DNA of 64,000 bases from an uncultured Actinomycetota bacterium. GTDB taxonomy: Bacteria > Actinomycetota > Actinomycetes > JACCUZ01. How positions within the stretch are numbered: the first letter of the stretch is position 1; each line of letters opens with the position of its first letter. A model generated the notes under the pieces. That model worked only from the letters and a program-made list of their open reading frames with translations, was not told the origin of the DNA and made no database searches. The position numbers were made by a program, and so were the translations under genes. The DNA lies in assembly GCA_963746175.1 (NCBI GenBank), contig CAVVAH010000008.1, positions 875,701-939,700 of the forward strand, given 5' to 3'. Shown piece by piece: positions 22,335-33,257 of this stretch.

Positions 22335-22540
22335 CCCTGTCCCGCCGTCCTCGTGACTGCCAGGTCAACGGCGCTGTGGAGGAGGGAGCGGCCACCGTGC
22401 CGTCCGCACCCTTCGCGGATCTTGAGACGGCGCGCCGTGTTCTGCACGGTGGGAGAGCCGCGCGACCGGCTGCGACCGCTCCGCTGGCTCCGCCGTCATT
22501 GCGCTCTTGACCTGGCGGCCACCACGACGGCGGGTCAGGG
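22335..22540. repeat. ~206-bp structured intergenic element with 40-bp imperfect terminal inverted repeats
   Basis: Arms 22335-22374 / 22501-22540 match at 33/40; nested inner helices. Confidence 0.65.
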
Positions 22541-22550
22541 GGCGCTCAGG

Positions 22551-23405
22551 TCACGTGCGGGCGGCGAGGACGGCGTCGTAGACGGCCTTGCGGGAGGTGG
22601 CGTGCCGGGCTGCGACGTCGGCGGAGGCCTCCTTGAGCCGGGAGCCGGCGGCCACCAGCGCCTCGACCTCGGCGACCAGGTCTGCGGGGTCGGCGGCCAC
22701 CGCCGGCTCGGCACCCGCGACCACGACGGTGATCTCGCCGCGTACGCCGGCGGCCGCCCAGTCCGCGAGCTCCCGCAGTCCGCCGCGCCGGACCTCCTCG
22801 TACGTCTTCGTCATCTCCCGGCACACCGCGGCCGGCCGGTCGTCGCCGAGCCCGTCGGCCATCGCGGCGAGGGAGGCGGCCAGCCGGTGCGGCGCCTCGA
22901 AGAACACCGTCGTGCGCGGCTCGGTCGCCAGCTCGGCGAGCCGACGGGCCCGCTCCCCCGCCTTGCGCGGCAGGAAGCCCTCGAAGCAGAACCGGTCGAC
23001 CGGCAGCCCCGAGAGCGCGAGCGCGGTGAGCACGGCCGACGGCCCGGGCGCCGCGGTGACCGCGATCCCGGCGTCGACGGCAGCCGCGACCAGCCGATAG
23101 CCCGGGTCCGAGACCGACGGCATCCCGGCATCGGTGACGAGCAGCACTCTCCGACCGGCGACCAGCGCGGCGACCAGCTCCGGGGTACGCGCTGCCTCGT
23201 TCTGCTCGTAGTAGGAGACGACCCGGCCGGCGACCGTGACACCGAGGTCGGCGGCCAGCCGCCGCAGCCGTCGGGTGTCCTCGGCGGCGACGACGTCGGC
23301 GGTCGCGAGCTCCCGCGTCAGTCGCGGCGACGCGTCGGAGGGGTCCCCGATCGGGGTGCCCGCGAGCACCAGCACGCCGTCCCCACCGTCCGCCACGCGC
23401 ACCAT
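22551..23405 (-). CDS. rsmI: 16S rRNA Cm1402 2'-O-methyltransferase
   Basis: [50 protein letters not shown]. Confidence 0.95.
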   Translation of the reverse strand: MVRVADGGDGVLVLAGTPIGDPSDASPRLTRELATADVVAAEDTRRLRRLAADLGVTVAGRVVSYYEQNEAARTPELVAALVAGRRVLLVTDAGMPSVSDPGYRLVAAAVDAGIAVTAAPGPSAVLTALALSGLPVDRFCFEGFLPRKAGERARRLAELATEPRTTVFFEAPHRLAASLAAMADGLGDDRPAAVCREMTKTYEEVRRGGLRELADWAAAGVRGEITVVVAGAEPAVAADPADLVAEVEALVAAGSRLKEASADVAARHATSRKAVYDAVLAART

Positions 23406-23437
23406 GGTGTCGGACGGCGGGTGCGTACGCTGGCCCG

Positions 23438-25018
23438 GTGCTGCAGCCGACCATGCCGCGGATCGACCGCGAGCGCGTCCGGGAGCGGCTGGTCCCGCCG
23501 ATGCCGGCGGACGGCATCTGGGGCTGGCTGGCGCCACTCATGGTGGCGGCGGTCGCCGGCGTGCTGCGGTTCTGGAAGCTCGGCACCCCGCACGCGTTCA
23601 TCTTCGACGAGACCTACTACGCCAAGGACGGCTGGTCGCTGTTCCACTTCGGCGCCGAGCAGAGCTACATCAAGGCTGCGAAGGACGGCGACCCCGACCC
23701 GGCGAACGTGAAGATCCTCGCCGGCCACCTCAAGGGCATCTGGACCGGCGACCCGTCGTACGTCGTGCACCCGCCGGGCGGCAAGTGGCTGATCGGGCTC
23801 GGCGAGCAGATGTTCGGCATGACGCCGTTCGGCTGGCGATTCATGGTCGCCGTCATGGGGACCCTTGCCGTGCTCATGACGGCACGGATCGGCCGCCGGC
23901 TGTTCCGCTCGACGCTGCTCGGCTGCGTGGCGGGGCTGCTGCTCACCGTCGACGGCATGGCGTACGTGCACAGCCGCACCGCGCTGCTCGACCCGATCCT
24001 CATGTTCTGGGCGCTGGCGGCGTTCGGTGCCCTGGTCGTCGACCGGGACAAGGTCCGGGAGCAGCTTGCCGCGCGGATCGACGAGACGGTCGTGTCGAGG
24101 TTCGGCCCCGCCCTCGGCCTGCGACCGTGGCGGCTGCTGGCCGGCTTCTGCCTCGGAGCGGCGTGCGCCACCAAGTGGAGCGGCCTCTACTTCGTCGCCG
24201 TCTTCGGCGTCATGGCGCTGCTGTGGGACATGGGTGCCCGGCGTACGGCGGGTGCGCGGCGGCCCTGGCTCGGCGCCGTGGTCCGCGACGCGGCGCCCGC
24301 CTTCGCGTCGCTGGTGCTGGTCGCCGTCGCGGTCTACCTCGCGTCCTGGACCGGGTGGTTCCTCGCCGGCGACCACGCGTACCTGCGGTACTGGGCGCAG
24401 GACAACCCCGGCGGTCCGGGATGGATGCCGGACGCGTTGCGCAGCCTCCTGCACTACCACCACGAGGCGTACGAGTTCCACACCAACCTGCGCACCCCGC
24501 ACGACTACCAGTCGAACCCCTGGGGCTGGCTGGTCCTCGCCCGGCCGGTCTCGTACTACTACCAGGGCCCGACCCTGGGCCAGCAGGGCTGCACCGTCGA
24601 CCAGTGCTCCAGCGCGGTCAGTGGGCTGGGGACACCGGCGATCTGGTGGGCCGCCTGCCTGGCGCTGCCGGTGCTGGTCTTCCTGTGGGCCGGGCGGCGC
24701 GACTGGCGGGCCGGCGCGATCCTGGCCGGCGTCGTCGCCGGGTACGTGCCGTGGTTCTTCTTCCAGGAGCGCACGGTCTACTCCTTCTACGCCGTGGCGT
24801 TCGTGCCGTTCCTCGTGCTGGCCGTCGCGCAGTGCCTGGGGCTGGTCATCGGCGGGCCGCGCGCGTCGCCCCAGCGCCGCCAGTGGGGAGCCGCTGCGGC
24901 CGGGGCCTACCTGCTGCTCGCGGTGGCGAACTTCCTGTGGCTGCTCCCCGTGCTGTCCGCCGAGGTGATCCCGTACGCGGACTGGGCACGACGGATGTGG
25001 TGGCGGTCCTGGATCTAG
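23438..25018 (+). CDS. pmt: Protein O-mannosyltransferase (GT39)
   Basis: [46 protein letters not shown]; multi-TM; divergent from rsmI. Confidence 0.93.
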   Translation: MLQPTMPRIDRERVRERLVPPMPADGIWGWLAPLMVAAVAGVLRFWKLGTPHAFIFDETYYAKDGWSLFHFGAEQSYIKAAKDGDPDPANVKILAGHLKGIWTGDPSYVVHPPGGKWLIGLGEQMFGMTPFGWRFMVAVMGTLAVLMTARIGRRLFRSTLLGCVAGLLLTVDGMAYVHSRTALLDPILMFWALAAFGALVVDRDKVREQLAARIDETVVSRFGPALGLRPWRLLAGFCLGAACATKWSGLYFVAVFGVMALLWDMGARRTAGARRPWLGAVVRDAAPAFASLVLVAVAVYLASWTGWFLAGDHAYLRYWAQDNPGGPGWMPDALRSLLHYHHEAYEFHTNLRTPHDYQSNPWGWLVLARPVSYYYQGPTLGQQGCTVDQCSSAVSGLGTPAIWWAACLALPVLVFLWAGRRDWRAGAILAGVVAGYVPWFFFQERTVYSFYAVAFVPFLVLAVAQCLGLVIGGPRASPQRRQWGAAAAGAYLLLAVANFLWLLPVLSAEVIPYADWARRMWWRSWI

Positions 25019-25059
25019 GGTCCGCGTGACGTGATGACCGACAGATCCCGAGGAGCCCC

Positions 25060-26061
25060 GTGGCGACCGAGAGCAGGCGCACGGTCATGGTCGCGCTCGC
25101 GGCCAACCTGGCGATCGCCGTGGCCAAGCTGGTCGCGGGGCTGATCAGCGGGTCGAGCTCGATGCTGGCCGAGGCCGCGCACTCGGTCGCCGACACCCTC
25201 AACCAGGTGTTCCTGCTCACCAGCCTCCGGGTGTCGCAGCGGGTGGCCGACCCGGAGCACCCGTTCGGCTACGGCAAGGCGCAGTACTTCTGGTCGCTGA
25301 TCGCCGCCGCCAGCATCTTCGTGGCCGGCGCGGTGTTCTCGCTCTACGAGGGCCTGCACTCGCTGCTCTCCGGCGGCGGCGAGTCGACCGGCGTGCTCGT
25401 CGCGTTCGCCGTCCTGGGCGTCTCGTTCCTCGCCGAGGGGGTCAGCTGGCTGCGCGCCGTGCGGCAGCTGCGCAGTGAGGCGGCCCAGGAGGGCCGCACG
25501 TTCCGGCAGCACATCCGGCTCAGCAAGGATCCCAGCGTCACGACCGTGCTGGCCGAGGACAGCGCAGCCCTGATCGGCCTGCTGCTCGCGGCGGCCGGGG
25601 TCGGGCTGCACCACCTCACCGGCAACGCCGCGTGGGACGGCGTCGCCGCCGTGCTGATCGGGCTGCTGCTCGCCCTCGTCGCGTTCGTCCTCGGCCGCGA
25701 CGTCGGAGCGCTCATCATCGGCGAGTCCGCGGAGCCGGCCCTCGTCGTCGACGTCCACGACCGGCTCGCGGGCCGCCCGGAGGTCAGCTACGTGGTCGAG
25801 CTGCTGACCATGCACCTCGGCCCGGAGGAGGTCCTCGTCGCCGCCCGTCTCGACCTCGACGACAGCCTCACCGGCGCGCAGATCGAGGCGTTCAGCAACG
25901 ACGCGGACCAGGACCTGCGGACGGCGCACCCCGAGATCACGCAGGTGTTCCTCGACGCGACCCGCCCCGACCCTGACCTCGCGGCGCGCACTGCGGTGCA
26001 CGTGGAGCGGCTGCGGGCGACGGCGACCAGCGAGCGGGCGGCGGCCGGCGTCAGCCCTTGA
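25060..26061 (+). CDS. Cation diffusion facilitator family transporter
   Basis: AEAAHSVADT, HPFGYGK, EDSAAL, TMHLGP; GAGGAG RBS. Confidence 0.9.
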   Translation: MATESRRTVMVALAANLAIAVAKLVAGLISGSSSMLAEAAHSVADTLNQVFLLTSLRVSQRVADPEHPFGYGKAQYFWSLIAAASIFVAGAVFSLYEGLHSLLSGGGESTGVLVAFAVLGVSFLAEGVSWLRAVRQLRSEAAQEGRTFRQHIRLSKDPSVTTVLAEDSAALIGLLLAAAGVGLHHLTGNAAWDGVAAVLIGLLLALVAFVLGRDVGALIIGESAEPALVVDVHDRLAGRPEVSYVVELLTMHLGPEEVLVAARLDLDDSLTGAQIEAFSNDADQDLRTAHPEITQVFLDATRPDPDLAARTAVHVERLRATATSERAAAGVSP

Positions 26062-26941
26062 GCCCCGAGCGGGACACGCCCTCGATGATGTAGCGCTGCG
26101 CCACGACGTAGAGCAGCAGCACGGGCACGCTGGCGATGACCGCGCCGGCCGTGAGCAGGTCGTAGCGGACGGCGTTCGCGCTCTGCAGCGTCGCCAGGCC
26201 CGCCGGCAGCGTCTGGTTCTCCGGGCTGAAGAGGACGTAGACCGGCCACAGGAAGTCGTTGTAGTTGGTGAGGAACGACAGCAGGGCGAGCGTGACGAGG
26301 GCCGGCTTGGAAAGCGGCAGCACGATCCGCCAGAAGACCTCGAACCGGTTCGCCCCGTCGATCACCGCGGCCTCCTCGAGCTCGATCGGGAGGGTGAGGA
26401 AGAACTGGCGGAGGAAGAAGACCCCGAACGCGGAGGCCGCCGTGGGGACTATCACCGCGACCAGGGTGTCCAGCCAGTGCAGCTTGCCGACGATGAGGTA
26501 GTTCGGGATCGTGAGGATCACCGGCGGGATGAACAGCGTGGCGATGATCGCGGCGAACACGATCCGCTTCCCGCGGAAGTCCATCCGGGCCAGCGGGTAC
26601 GCGGCCAAGGCCGCCGTCGCGACGACCAGCAGGGCGTTGCCGGCCGCTGCCAGCATGCTGTTGAGGAACCAGCGCAGGATCGGCGTCTCGCCGCCGTTGA
26701 TGACGGCGCGGTAGGCCTGCAGGGTGAAGTGCTTCGGGATCCACGTCGGTGGGGTGCCAGTGGCCTCGGCCCGGGACTTGAAGCTGGTCGACAGGATGAA
26801 CAGCAGCGGCGCGATGATCGCCAGGGCCAGCGCGCCGAGCAGCACGTAGCGGAGCACCTTGCGTGCTGCGCCGCCGGGCGCCGGAGACGGCTGGCCCAGC
26901 GGCGTGGTGGGCGCGGCCGGCGGGGCGGTGGCGGTGGCCAT
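26051..26941 (-). CDS. Carbohydrate ABC transporter permease (MalG-type)
   Basis: ELEEAAVIDGA EAA motif, NDFLWP, multi-TM. Confidence 0.92.
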   Translation of the reverse strand: MATATAPPAAPTTPLGQPSPAPGGAARKVLRYVLLGALALAIIAPLLFILSTSFKSRAEATGTPPTWIPKHFTLQAYRAVINGGETPILRWFLNSMLAAAGNALLVVATAALAAYPLARMDFRGKRIVFAAIIATLFIPPVILTIPNYLIVGKLHWLDTLVAVIVPTAASAFGVFFLRQFFLTLPIELEEAAVIDGANRFEVFWRIVLPLSKPALVTLALLSFLTNYNDFLWPVYVLFSPENQTLPAGLATLQSANAVRYDLLTAGAVIASVPVLLLYVVAQRYIIEGVSRSGLKG

Positions 26942-27912
26942 CACTGCTTCCTCTCGCGGAAGAGCCAGAACACGACGACGCTCGTCAGCATGAGCACCAG
27001 GGTCAGCACGTAGCTCATCGCCGCGGCTTGGCCCATCTGGTACTGCCGCAGCCCGGTCTCCGCGATCTGGTAGATCGCCGTGCGGGTCTCGGTGCCCGGC
27101 GAGCCCTTGGTCATCAGGTAGGACTGACCGAACATGTTGGCAGAGGCGATGATCGTCACCATCGTCACGAACGCGATCACGGGACGTAGGCCCGGCACGG
27201 TGACGTGCCGGAACCGTTGCCACGCGCTCGCGCCGTCGACCTCGGCGGCCTCGTAGAGCTCCGGGGAGATGTCCTGCAGGCCGGCCAGGTAGATGACGGC
27301 GTTGAAGCCGAGCGTCCACCACACCGTGACGCCCACGAGCGCGAACCAAGCCTCCGGGACGGACGTGAGCCACGGGATGTCGTGCGGGAGGTGCAGCACG
27401 CCGAGGTAGTGGTTGACGACCCCGATGTTGTTGTCGAGCAGGAACGACCAGATGACGGCGACCACGGCGACGCCGAGCACGAACGGCGCGAAGTAGATGG
27501 CCCGGAACAGGTTGCGGCCGCGGAACTTCTGGTTCATCGCCAGCGCGACGCCGAGCGGCACGACCAGCAGCAGCGGCACGCTCATGGCCGTGAAGATCGC
27601 GGTCGCCCGCATGCTGCGCCAGAAACGCTCGAAGGCGAGCGATGAGCTGTCCACGAGGTCGCGGTAGTTGGCCAGACCCACGAACGGCTTGTTCGGCAGC
27701 GTGTAGTCGTAGTCGTGCAGGCTGATCCAGAACCCGTAGACGGCCGGGGCCACCACGAACGCGAGGAAGAGCACGAGGTACGGGGCGAGGAACAGCCAGG
27801 GGGCAGCACCGTTCCCCCGGCTGGCGCCGCCCGCACCTCGCCGCCCGCCCGGAGGAGCGATCTCGTCGCCCTCCAGACGAGCGGCGGAGTCGGCCGTGGC
27901 CATGGCGGCCAT
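26941..27912 (-). CDS. Carbohydrate ABC transporter permease (MalF-type)
   Basis: FVGLANY, LAGLQDISPELYEAAEVDGA, GQAAAMS. Confidence 0.92.
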   Translation of the reverse strand: MAAMATADSAARLEGDEIAPPGGRRGAGGASRGNGAAPWLFLAPYLVLFLAFVVAPAVYGFWISLHDYDYTLPNKPFVGLANYRDLVDSSSLAFERFWRSMRATAIFTAMSVPLLLVVPLGVALAMNQKFRGRNLFRAIYFAPFVLGVAVVAVIWSFLLDNNIGVVNHYLGVLHLPHDIPWLTSVPEAWFALVGVTVWWTLGFNAVIYLAGLQDISPELYEAAEVDGASAWQRFRHVTVPGLRPVIAFVTMVTIIASANMFGQSYLMTKGSPGTETRTAIYQIAETGLRQYQMGQAAAMSYVLTLVLMLTSVVVFWLFRERKQ

Positions 27913-27914
27913 GG

Positions 27915-29255
27915 TCAGGCGCCGTACTTCTTCAAGTTGTCCTGCATCGCCGAGGTCGCCTTCGTCGCGGCGTCCTTGAGCGCGTCGGCCGGCGAGCGCT
28001 TCATCAGGGTGGCCTCGTTGACCGCGATCTCCAGTGTCTGCGCCTGCACGTCGCCCACACCTGGGATCGGCGGCAGGAACCGCATCGCGGAGATGTTCTT
28101 GGCGACCGGCCCCTGTGCGGAGTCCGTCACCTGCACGTCCTCCTGCACCGACTTCCGCGCCGGGATCAGGCCCGACCCGGCCCACTCCGCCGACTTCTTG
28201 CTCATCCAGTCGATGAACACCCGCGCCGCGTCGAACTTGTTGTCGTCGCCGGTCGACTGCCGGGTGATGAAGAAGTGGTGCGAGTTGGCCCACACGGCAT
28301 CCTGGTCACCGATCTTCGGGATGGGGGCGAGCATGAACGGGACGTTGGCGCCCTTGAGGTCGTTGATCTGCCAGATGCCGTCCCAGGTCACCGCGAGCTT
28401 GTTGTTCTTGAAGCCGACGTACTGCGTGTCGATGGCGACGTTCTTCGGGCTGTAGCCGTTCTTGATCTGGTCGACCATCCAGGTCAGGCCGTCGACACCG
28501 GCCTGGCTGTCGAAGGTGGCCTTCGAGCCGTCCTCGGCGTAGGGCTCACCACCGTGCTGCCACAGCAGCGACAGGAACATCAGGTGGGCCGGCCACTTGG
28601 TCGGCATCCAGAACGGCTGCGCCTGCCCGGCCTTGCTCTTCAGCGCGTCCAGCGCCTCCTGGAAGGACGCGGCGTCGGCGGGAGCAGTGGTGATCCCGGC
28701 CTTGTCGGCGTCGTCCTTGCGCAGGTACATGCCGAGCGAGTGCACGTCGAGCGGGATGCCGTAGCGCTTGCCCTGGTAGATGCCGGCCTTCCACACCTCG
28801 GGGCTGAAGTCCGACTCCTGGAGACCCAGCGCCTTCGCGACGTCGTCGACCGGCACGATCACCTTGCGTGCTGCGTTGGTGGCCAGCTGGTCCTGGTGCA
28901 TCACTCCGACGTCAGGACCCTTGTTGGCCGTCACGGCGGCCGGCACCTTCTGGTAGAAGTCGGCCCACTGGATGGTGTTCTGCTTGATGGTGATCTTCGG
29001 GTTGGCCTGCTGGAACTCCTCGACCAGCTTGTCCATCGAGGGACCGTCACCGCCGGTGAACCCGTTCCAGTAGGACAGGGTCACCGCCGGCCCGGTGTAC
29101 TTCCCGGTGAACTTCGATCCGCTGCTGGTGCTGCCACCAGCGACGTCGTCAGCGGACTTGCCGCCGCCGCACGCGGTGAGGGCTGCGCCTGCTGCGACGC
29201 CGCCGCCCACGGCGAGGAACCCGCGGCGCGAGAAACCTGTCCTGTCGGTGCTCAT
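27915..29255 (-). CDS. Carbohydrate ABC substrate-binding lipoprotein (Tat signal)
   Basis: SRRGFL twin-arginine, LTAC lipobox, WNGFTGGDG, YGIPLDVH. Confidence 0.92.
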   Translation of the reverse strand: MSTDRTGFSRRGFLAVGGGVAAGAALTACGGGKSADDVAGGSTSSGSKFTGKYTGPAVTLSYWNGFTGGDGPSMDKLVEEFQQANPKITIKQNTIQWADFYQKVPAAVTANKGPDVGVMHQDQLATNAARKVIVPVDDVAKALGLQESDFSPEVWKAGIYQGKRYGIPLDVHSLGMYLRKDDADKAGITTAPADAASFQEALDALKSKAGQAQPFWMPTKWPAHLMFLSLLWQHGGEPYAEDGSKATFDSQAGVDGLTWMVDQIKNGYSPKNVAIDTQYVGFKNNKLAVTWDGIWQINDLKGANVPFMLAPIPKIGDQDAVWANSHHFFITRQSTGDDNKFDAARVFIDWMSKKSAEWAGSGLIPARKSVQEDVQVTDSAQGPVAKNISAMRFLPPIPGVGDVQAQTLEIAVNEATLMKRSPADALKDAATKATSAMQDNLKKYGA

Positions 29256-29296
29256 GTGCCTTGCCTCCTGCTCGGTGGTGCGGGGGTTGCGAGGGG

Positions 29297-31492
29297 TCAT
29301 CGGTAGGTGCGGAACCAGTCGAACTGCGCCGTCGCCGCGGGGTCCGAGAGGTTGCGGCCCTGGGAGACCAGGCCGACCCGCAGCTGCGAGCCGGCGGGCA
29401 GCGTCCACACGCCGCCCTTGACCCAGTCGGTGCCGTCGCGGCTGGTCCAGGCGCGCAGCTCGTGCTCGCCGTGGCCGGCGTCGACGTGGTGCGTGATGCG
29501 CAGGTACGTCGTGTCGGCCGGCGGGCCGACGATCGTGCCGCCGTTCTGGACGCCGTCGTCGTCGGGCCACGGCATCTCCTTGCCGAACTCCGTCTGGCGG
29601 GTGTTCCAGATCGCGACGTGCGAGAGCCTGGTGAAGAGGTCGTCGCCGACGTAGACCACCAGCCCTGCCTGCTGGTAGTTGCGGACCGTGTCGGTGCCGA
29701 GGTCGATCGTGAGCTTCGTCGTGATGGCCCAGTCGCCCGTCAGCGCGCCCCGGAGGAGGACACCGGCCGAGCTGCCGGGACCGTTCAGGTCCGCCGGCTC
29801 GGTGGGCCAGCGAAGGACGCCGCCGGCGACGGTGGCCTGCGGGTCCGGCCGCACCCAGCTCCATCCGGCCCCGAGCGCGGCACCGTCGAACTCGTCGCTC
29901 GCCGATGGCACCAGCCGTGAGGGCACGTCGTCGGCAACCGCGCGCGTGACCCGCTCCGCGGGGGCGGCGACCGTGACGTTGGTGGCGGTGCCGCCGGCTG
30001 TGACAGCACCCGCGCGCCCGGCCCCGGAGCGCAGCGACGTCGGCAGCGTCAGCGCCAGCTGCGCGAGCGGGTCTCCTAGCCGGGCCTGGCTCAGCTCGGC
30101 GTACGCAGTGCTGCCGCGGACCTGGAGGACGACGCTGTGCAGCGCGCCCGGGTCGAGGCCGGCGGGAAGCGGAGCGGTGCGCTCGACCCGCTTCCCGCCG
30201 GAGCGTGCGACGAGCCGGAGCTCGTGAGCCGCGGGCCGGACGGTGGCGCGTACGCCGTGCGTACGCCCTGACCAGCGAGCGACCAGGGACGCGCCGCCGG
30301 CGAGATCACCCTCGACCCGGACGTCGCCGCGGCGGTTCGCGCCGAGGGTGCTGCCGTCACGAACAATCAGCCGGGAGTCGGAGGACGTCAACGGTGCCGG
30401 CTGGGCGGTGTCGCTCGGTCCACGACCGGCGCGGACCAGCGGCCACCCGTCGACCCAGTCCAGGCGGTCCATCAGCATCGGTCGCTCGTTGATGCCCGAG
30501 GTGCCGTCGAGGTAGGGGTCGCCCCGGTCGAGAGCGTGGTAGACGATCCAGTCCTGGCCGGCGACGTCACGGGCGATCGCGTTGTGGCCCGCGCCGACCC
30601 AACGGTTGCCGTTCTGGTTGAGGACCGGGGTGCCGCCGGCTCGGGAGGCCACCAGTGGCGTGCCCTGGGCGTCGGCGTACGGACCGCGCAGGTCGCGGGA
30701 CCTGCCGACCTGCACGCTGTAGCCGGTCGTCGGGCCGGCGCAGCAGTTCGCCGTGGAGGCGAACAGGTACCAGTAGGCGCCGTGCCGTACGACGTACGCG
30801 CCCTCGAACTTGTTGTCGATCGCGACCATCGTCGCGGGCCCGGTCGTCGCGGTGCCGGCGTCGTTCAACGGCTGCACGAACATGCCGCCGTTGTAGGAGC
30901 CGTAGAACACCCACTGGGACCCGTCGCCGTCCGAGACGACCGACGGGTCGAAGGTCCAGAGGTAGCCGCCGTTGCCGGGGCGCGGACCCACGACGGGCGC
31001 GCCGCTGTCGGTCCACGGACCGGCCGGGGTCGGGGCCGTGGCCATGCCGATCGCGTTGTCGTCGCGGGCCGGCGTCACCGTCGTCTGGGTGACGACGTAG
31101 TACATGCGGTACTCGCCGTCGACGTAGCGGATGTCGGGTGCCCAGAGGCCGGTGTCGGCCTCGGCCCAGGTCGGCAGGGTGGCGTCGGTGAAGGCGTCGC
31201 CGATGTACGTCCAGTGCACGAGGTCGTGCGACTTCGCCATCGGGATCCGGTGCGCGGTGCCCTCACCCTCGTGCAGCGGGTCGGACGTGCCGTAGGAGTA
31301 CCACCAGCCGTCCTTGCCGCGGATCAGCGACGGGTCGGCGAACGTGTCGGCGAACTCCTTGCTGACCGGGTTGACGTACGTCGGCTGGTCCGCCGCCCGT
31401 GAGGAGGCGACCGGTCCGGCCACAAGGGCGGTCACGGCCAGCGCGAGCGCCGCGAGCAGCGCCGCGGCGCGGGTGTCGAGTCGTCGTGTCAT
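29297..31492 (-). CDS. Secreted GH43 glycoside hydrolase (arabinanase/arabinofuranosidase-like) with C-terminal beta-sandwich domains
   Basis: Signal peptide; FADPS, LWAPD, FDPS, FEGAY, GHN motifs of the GH43 five-bladed propeller; SDEFDG-started C-terminal domain. Confidence 0.88.
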   Translation of the reverse strand: MTRRLDTRAAALLAALALAVTALVAGPVASSRAADQPTYVNPVSKEFADTFADPSLIRGKDGWWYSYGTSDPLHEGEGTAHRIPMAKSHDLVHWTYIGDAFTDATLPTWAEADTGLWAPDIRYVDGEYRMYYVVTQTTVTPARDDNAIGMATAPTPAGPWTDSGAPVVGPRPGNGGYLWTFDPSVVSDGDGSQWVFYGSYNGGMFVQPLNDAGTATTGPATMVAIDNKFEGAYVVRHGAYWYLFASTANCCAGPTTGYSVQVGRSRDLRGPYADAQGTPLVASRAGGTPVLNQNGNRWVGAGHNAIARDVAGQDWIVYHALDRGDPYLDGTSGINERPMLMDRLDWVDGWPLVRAGRGPSDTAQPAPLTSSDSRLIVRDGSTLGANRRGDVRVEGDLAGGASLVARWSGRTHGVRATVRPAAHELRLVARSGGKRVERTAPLPAGLDPGALHSVVLQVRGSTAYAELSQARLGDPLAQLALTLPTSLRSGAGRAGAVTAGGTATNVTVAAPAERVTRAVADDVPSRLVPSASDEFDGAALGAGWSWVRPDPQATVAGGVLRWPTEPADLNGPGSSAGVLLRGALTGDWAITTKLTIDLGTDTVRNYQQAGLVVYVGDDLFTRLSHVAIWNTRQTEFGKEMPWPDDDGVQNGGTIVGPPADTTYLRITHHVDAGHGEHELRAWTSRDGTDWVKGGVWTLPAGSQLRVGLVSQGRNLSDPAATAQFDWFRTYR

Positions 31493-33045
31493 CGGGTCCC
31501 CCTGGACGTGGTCGGGCGCAGTGTGAGCGCGGTCCACGACGCTGCCGGCAGCGTCGCGGTGAGGCGGTCGTCGCGGATCTCGGCGTCGGTCCCGCGGCGC
31601 GGGACGACCCGGTCCGGCTCGGCGCTGGTGTTGGTCGCGCGGAGGCCGACGGGGTCGTCCCCGCCCATGACGTGGTGCTCGTCGATCTCGAGCCGGCCGT
31701 GCTCCGCGACCAGCGGCCGGAGGTTCGCTTCGAGATGCAGCGCGGCGGCGGGGTCCCGGTTGACGGCGAGCAGCACGGTGGCACCGGTCTGCAGGTCGAG
31801 CGTCGCGGTGACGTCGAGCGCCGGCACCTCGCCGTAGCGCTCGGTGGCGACCGACGGGCCGCGCGCCTCGACGCGGAGCACCTGGCCGCGCGCGAGCCGT
31901 GCGGTCAGGGCGAAGGGGTGGAAGATGCTCTGCCGCCACGCCGGGCCGCCGGGCTCGGTCCGGATCGGCGCGATGATGTTGACGAGCTGCGCCTGGCAGG
32001 CGACCCCGACGCGGTCGGCGTGCCGCAGCAGCGTGATGAGGAAGCTGCCGACCACCACGGCGTCGACCGCGGTGAACTCGTCCTCGATCAGGTCCGGCGC
32101 GAACGTCCAGTCCAGCTGCCGCTGCCCGGGGAACCGGGACTGGTACCAGACGTTCCACTCGTCGAAGGACAGCTTGAGCTTCTTGCGGCTGCGCAGCTTG
32201 GCGCCGACGTGGTCGGCGGTCGCGACCACCGCGTCGATGAACGCGTCCATGTCGGTCGACGAGGCGAGGAAGCTGGCCAGGTCGCCGTCGTGCTCCTCGT
32301 AGTAGTCGTGCAGGGAGATGTAGTCGACCTGCTCGTAGGTCTGCTCGAGCACCTCGGCCTCCCACGCGCCGAACGTCGGCATCTGGGAGTTGGAGCTGCC
32401 GACCGCGACCAGCTCGATCTGGTCGTCGACCATGCGCATGGCCTTCGCGGTCTCGGCGGCCAGCCGGCCGTACTCGTGCGCCGTCTTCTGGCCCATCTGC
32501 CACGGTCCGTCGAGCTCGTTGCCCAGGCACCAGAGGCGGATGCCGTGCGGCTTCTCGACGCCGTGGGAACGGCGCAGGTCCGACCAGTAGGTGCCGTCAG
32601 GGTGGTTGCAGTACTCGATGAGGTCGACGGCCTCCTGGACACCTCGGGTCCCGAGGTTGACCGCCATCATCGGCTCGACGCCGGCCTGTCCCGCCCAGGT
32701 CATCAGCTCGTTGACGCCGACGTCGTTGGGCTCGATCGCCCGCCATGCCAGGTCCAGCCGGGTGGGCCGCTGCTCGCGCGGGCCGACGCCGTCCTCCCAC
32801 CGGTAGCTGGAGACGAAGTTGCCGCCGGGGTACCGGACGATCGGGACGCCGAGCTCACGGGTGAGGTCGAGGACGTCGCGCCGGAACCCGTCCTGGTCGG
32901 CGGTGGGGTGGTCCGGCTCGTAGATGCCGGTGTAGACGCAGCGCCCCATGTGCTCGACGAACGAGCCGAACAGCCGGCGGTCGACCTCGCCCACGAGGAA
33001 CGCGGGGTCCAGGGTCAGCCGGACCACCCGGTCGGTGCTGGGCAC
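31489..33045 (-). CDS. abfA: GH51 alpha-L-arabinofuranosidase
   Basis: FGSFVEHMGRCVYTG, RYPGGNFVS, WCLGNELDG, SFDEWNVW, AQLVNIIAP; GGAGG RBS. Confidence 0.95.
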   Translation of the reverse strand: MPSTDRVVRLTLDPAFLVGEVDRRLFGSFVEHMGRCVYTGIYEPDHPTADQDGFRRDVLDLTRELGVPIVRYPGGNFVSSYRWEDGVGPREQRPTRLDLAWRAIEPNDVGVNELMTWAGQAGVEPMMAVNLGTRGVQEAVDLIEYCNHPDGTYWSDLRRSHGVEKPHGIRLWCLGNELDGPWQMGQKTAHEYGRLAAETAKAMRMVDDQIELVAVGSSNSQMPTFGAWEAEVLEQTYEQVDYISLHDYYEEHDGDLASFLASSTDMDAFIDAVVATADHVGAKLRSRKKLKLSFDEWNVWYQSRFPGQRQLDWTFAPDLIEDEFTAVDAVVVGSFLITLLRHADRVGVACQAQLVNIIAPIRTEPGGPAWRQSIFHPFALTARLARGQVLRVEARGPSVATERYGEVPALDVTATLDLQTGATVLLAVNRDPAAALHLEANLRPLVAEHGRLEIDEHHVMGGDDPVGLRATNTSAEPDRVVPRRGTDAEIRDDRLTATLPAASWTALTLRPTTSRGTR

Positions 33046-33118
33046 GGGCGCCTCCGTCGTGGAGTCATGGCTCGGGACGTTCGTCGGTGGGGCTTGATGG
33101 ACCGGTCTACCGGGGTTG

Positions 33119-33130
33119 TACAACGTTGTA
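33119..33130. promoter_or_regulatory. LacI-type operator TACAACGTTGTA
   Basis: Perfect 12-bp palindrome with central CG between divergent abfA and lacI. Confidence 0.8.
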
Positions 33131-33257
33131 AAGGGGTGCAGCGTGAGGAGGTACATCGATGCACGTGTTAAGCGGACGTAAACCACCGGAGGATCACGAA
33201 ATGGTCACGAGGCGTGACGACGGGGCGGTCAACCCTCGCCCCGCTACCCTCCCGAGC

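Noticed and set aside
20349-23711. 1120-aa plus-strand ORF
   Set aside because: Arg/Gly/Ala-rich shadow frame overlapping three well-supported genes; typical high-GC artefact.
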